This document shows positions 63,001 to 64,000 of a stretch of 64,000 nt of DNA, in pieces (the stretch's first letter is position 1; each line of letters starts with the position of its first letter). The notes under the pieces were generated by a model. It saw only the letters and a list, made by a program, of their open reading frames with translations. It did not search any database and had not been told where the DNA came from. Where the stretch lies: NCBI GenBank assembly GCA_965222435.1, contig OZ244950.1, positions 4,075,983-4,139,982 of the forward strand. The letters are read 5' to 3'. Origin of the DNA: Candidatus Poribacteria bacterium (GTDB lineage Bacteria > Poribacteria > WGA-4E > PCPOR2b). The translations under genes and the position numbers were made by a program.

Positions 63001-64000
63001 GTCACAGGAATTGACCGCTACCTCCAATACGGTCGATGGTATCACCCCGACGATGAAGAGGAGTGGCCCACACAATGGCCCTACGCTTGTATCCTGCCCA
63101 AAGGTATGGCGGATCTGCTCGGCATCACCGAAGCAGATATGGGCAAAGCGACCGTCTCCGTATACGGCGCGGATTTCACCGTTACCGGCGTCCTCGGTAT
63201 CGGCTTCAAAGACCTACAGGATAACGATGGCGAGGAATTGACACCCGTTGACTACCAACTGATGCAGCAGCAGGAGGCGCGAGGCGGCGGCGCACAGGGG
63301 CAGAACCAAGCCATGGAGGGAGAATTAGAAAAATATATCCATCTACCTCCTGACGCTGTGGCTATCCTTCCGTATGAGGTGGTAATGAATCAGGGTGGAA
63401 CGCTACGCTCGGTTGCTGTCAACATGGAAACACAGCCCGGCGATCCAGCAGTTTTCAGTGCCGCAGATAAACTGGACCTAATCATGGCACCTCTGATGAA
63501 TCGAATCGCACTCGACTTCTTCGTTGGAAAAGATCGGGACACCTATCTCTACAGCTCAATCGGAATGACCTCTTTCTCTGGTATGGGTAATCTGTTCATA
63601 CCGATTCTCATTGCGTCGTTGATTGTTCTGAACACGATGCTCGGTGCGGTCTACGAACGGGTCCGTGAAATCAGCATCTACAGTTCTGTCGGGCTTGCCC
63701 CTGTGCATATCGCCTTCCTATTCCTCGCAGAAGCGTGTGTGTATGCGATTGTCGGTGCTGTGCTCGGTTACTTGCTTGGTCAGGCTGTTGCAACCGTCCT
63801 CGTCAATTTCGGCTTACTCGCTGGATTGACCCTCAACTACTCGTCAATGTCAACAGTGGTAGCAACCATTATTGTGATGATTGTCGTGATTGGAAGTACA
63901 CTGTACCCGGCAATTAAAGCCAGTCGCATGGCGGTACCTGACATCGAACGGAAATGGCAGCTGCCGGAGCCTGAAGGCGACGAGTGGCACTTCGATCTCC
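57040..64000 (+). CDS. giant multidomain envelope protein, 3'-truncated by the window (at least 2,320 aa). Contains a signal peptide, two LysM-like domains, four EF-hand-like Ca-binding repeats, an M28-family peptidase-like domain, about 1,000 aa of alpha-helical/coiled-coil sequence, three TM helices, and an FtsX/MacB-type permease module (TM1, about 330-aa extracytoplasmic domain, TM2-4)
   Basis: Frame 1 is open from the ATG at 57040 (RBS GGAGGAATCACC) to the window end. No frame-1 ORF is listed in the track because there is no stop in the window. LysM-like VVQGETLDGIAKSYRVDPQAILAD and VEPDDTLEDLAHRFRIGVGSITDD. Repeats DNDDDGEIDEPGE / DGIDNNEDGQIDEYGE / DGIDNDGDDFVDERPGD / DGIDNNNDGQIDEEGE. 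M28-like GYYDSMSVVPAMAPGADPTGGIATLLELARIF…LLFVATDAHFQG. FtsX-like NMRKRKGRTILTCSTLVILTFTVISF… and …LYSSIGMTSFSGMGNLFIPILIASLIVLNTMLGAVYERVREISIYSSVGLAPVHIAFLFLAEACVYAIVGAVLGYLLG. Confidence 0.7.
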   Translation, partial: MIIKRYYYISLWLCILALLSPHGSFAVDEQLSVGLSEVAVKISDKVDIGRMRKDIARLSNLPTRVTGYDEAASGSKYIFDQFVEIGLQNVESREFPVSVPIDHGDGKVEILSEDQTLLKTYRIWSIWPNLVRTSFLPNGVSHVVVQGETLDGIAKSYRVDPQAILADPHNQYLRDQATDGSDNDDDGEIDEPGELVLVENNSLFIPTGGLTAPLFYGGSGELASFNGKDIGGFWHKVEPDDTLEDLAHRFRIGVGSITDDVLNGHLQKTQDGIDNNEDGQIDEYGEIPPLTEIAQWDTDGIDNDGDDFVDERPGDATDGIDNNNDGQIDEEGEFIAAYESSIFIPQGSVALIDFNSSTKWINAAMLGAKAVLFIEPETTIRGEAENKFLTVPANIPRFWIAKEDAGELLAMLGEGATQVEDSRSTGAESSSQKLYARLTSTITWEQRIGQNIRGFLEGGDPTLKDELVVITGYYDSMSVVPAMAPGADPTGGIATLLELARIFSQEEFRPGRSLLFVATDAHFQGLGGMRAFMEGIGQDIVGREADSPGTPTMRGLRRGLSTDLFEFEELGRKLLLSIDRNVLVDLPPNFFHDVHALKANVDSLATTLSDLQTTKGNIDSLRNAQREAKEKEKKKLETTKKREKQGFTEEEKSRLGVNLAKFKKDALQTTQFLRSMLHRTLRLRSQALEECRETQRELIEQIALPMARLDVWAINKLVADLAAKRIEGKYAQTPDSSYLAPKEREEGSYYLPTPSDLPSHLEMDLQRLSENLQDWEFEDPRKFTLQYAQEKLLDRHLDFKGLERIKSARRVVHRAEKSLEAYIEEERQLLERALTNIPTTSSAEDRIKNAITQLGAQPDHVPQGFVDELKLFLNESTLKQFEIVQNQLHQKLEMMDPTTGTATSQELDQVLIDDLTRDKQSILETAMRNARLEHYRIESLLIRHASLNRPYLAEEALVLRHYLPEDAADRAMAVREQIFGQLEEQHLLEMVKRRAKNDIVELQNLLNILDRLDRDPDEETKILLRDNLLTMRNARFRNLQKRVEKIARISESEYTRKIRSIEQAIALQDIFNRYYTSLFISIDLSSQNDQFGVFNKGWFYDQQPEFVLRREFASIGNKLAEYAQGADFGERIQKLWTFTDDQIRQAVMNTQWTVAAGIDPKKAIEGKSLESLVTEHYATLVGLSGVSRLMKMQFEQMKNQGEPSEDMLKDMDYIRKEVERFIRNDIREARKNRKNRVRLLNRLDAMLALRNEDPSEFTQEEVDDIKALIEIAGFGGETNFVNAISASGGKIWKTYIPGKIAFDSEVATLTGFTGIAFATIDDARVLTDTPLDTIDRMDLSQDGALHKQAKTLAAVLIQAMRDPKMPTAARVGNFYCNLFGDVVEYDARESALPNKPVEYPVLALRSQHKTMMGVRGDLIAMGDNKGNFEVAGLAMEGRATIRLKGTQEVEAYILHPDSGDIVYAPDLGNFGAKLLPNLIPINTHRRGCRIVVFPCVSTTIFDLVDQRYLRTLRELEVYDAASDSSPEKYGVSKPWQQEGVSATEPIALVYSEPNSRIKVGMAYGQIGKRLLLIKASKSGTKNPTLYTGEGFVVRENGSIRVTPYVVVRDMWWLDENRASLYKRFGISSDRLDQLHQFANEHLNQAEAALARKDYQQALKLARAAWGYESRAYPDVKKTGNDVVNGVMFYLALLIPFAYFMERLIFAFPTVQKQIMGTGAIFLVVFFFLAQVHPAFQITTTPVIILIAFVVLALTAIVISIIVRKFEEQVEKIKQEGSQVYKADVGRLSASAAAFSLGISNMRKRKGRTILTCSTLVILTFTVISFTSVRTFMHPNSTNLPSVTPRYTGMLIRDQYWNPLEEPVVNSITNDLQKTQIAEKDLRLLLRKRLSQKGKSGEQIDVEIEAITAQLRQQGTLIEQGEETILRVYNIVAPRAWYQSAGTGDQSFVQLERTANPQDPVPPVNTTTGQPKTYSATMLVGMSPNEPGVTGIDRYLQYGRWYHPDDEEEWPTQWPYACILPKGMADLLGITEADMGKATVSVYGADFTVTGVLGIGFKDLQDNDGEELTPVDYQLMQQQEARGGGAQGQNQAMEGELEKYIHLPPDAVAILPYEVVMNQGGTLRSVAVNMETQPGDPAVFSAADKLDLIMAPLMNRIALDFFVGKDRDTYLYSSIGMTSFSGMGNLFIPILIASLIVLNTMLGAVYERVREISIYSSVGLAPVHIAFLFLAEACVYAIVGAVLGYLLGQAVATVLVNFGLLAGLTLNYSSMSTVVATIIVMIVVIGSTLYPAIKASRMAVPDIERKWQLPEPEGDEWHFDL

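Overview
This 64-kb window reads as a chromosomal segment from a Gram-negative-type bacterium. GC is moderate, most genes have strong GGAGG-type ribosome-binding sites, and a type IX secretion (T9SS) C-terminal sorting domain is present. That last point hints at the FCB superphylum or a related candidate phylum, but this is speculation. The segment is densely coding. Housekeeping and metabolic genes include a phytanoyl-CoA dioxygenase-family enzyme, an enolase-superfamily enzyme, a short-chain dehydrogenase, a penicillin-acylase-family hydrolase, a DapA-family lyase, a GHMP kinase, a branched-chain amino-acid binding protein, an amidohydrolase, a MaoC dehydratase with a family III CoA transferase, a tartrate/isopropylmalate-type dehydrogenase, and a Fur-family regulator upstream of katG. 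Three elements stand out. (i) The tmRNA gene (ssrA) lies next to smpB and is split in its T-loop by a 235-nt group I intron. (ii) A seven-gene operon on the minus strand encodes PspA, a PH-like protein, NfeD, flotillin, a bifunctional nuclease, a second PspA and a small membrane protein. (iii) A giant open reading frame of more than 2,320 codons is absent from the ORF track because it has no stop codon inside the window. It fuses LysM domains, EF-hand-like calcium-binding repeats, an M28-like peptidase domain and about 1,000 residues of helical sequence to an FtsX/MacB-type permease. It sits next to a divergent XRE/ImmA regulator pair. Other notable items are a winged-HTH/TPR/AlbA_2 (Schlafen-like) protein, a VapBC pair, a HicB gene with a nonsense-disrupted HicA, an orphan Dam-family methyltransferase, a 224-bp MITE with perfect 18-bp terminal inverted repeats, several local duplications, two in-frame stop codons at conserved tryptophan positions, and at least four families of short dispersed intergenic repeats. 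There is no CRISPR array, rRNA or obvious tRNA.
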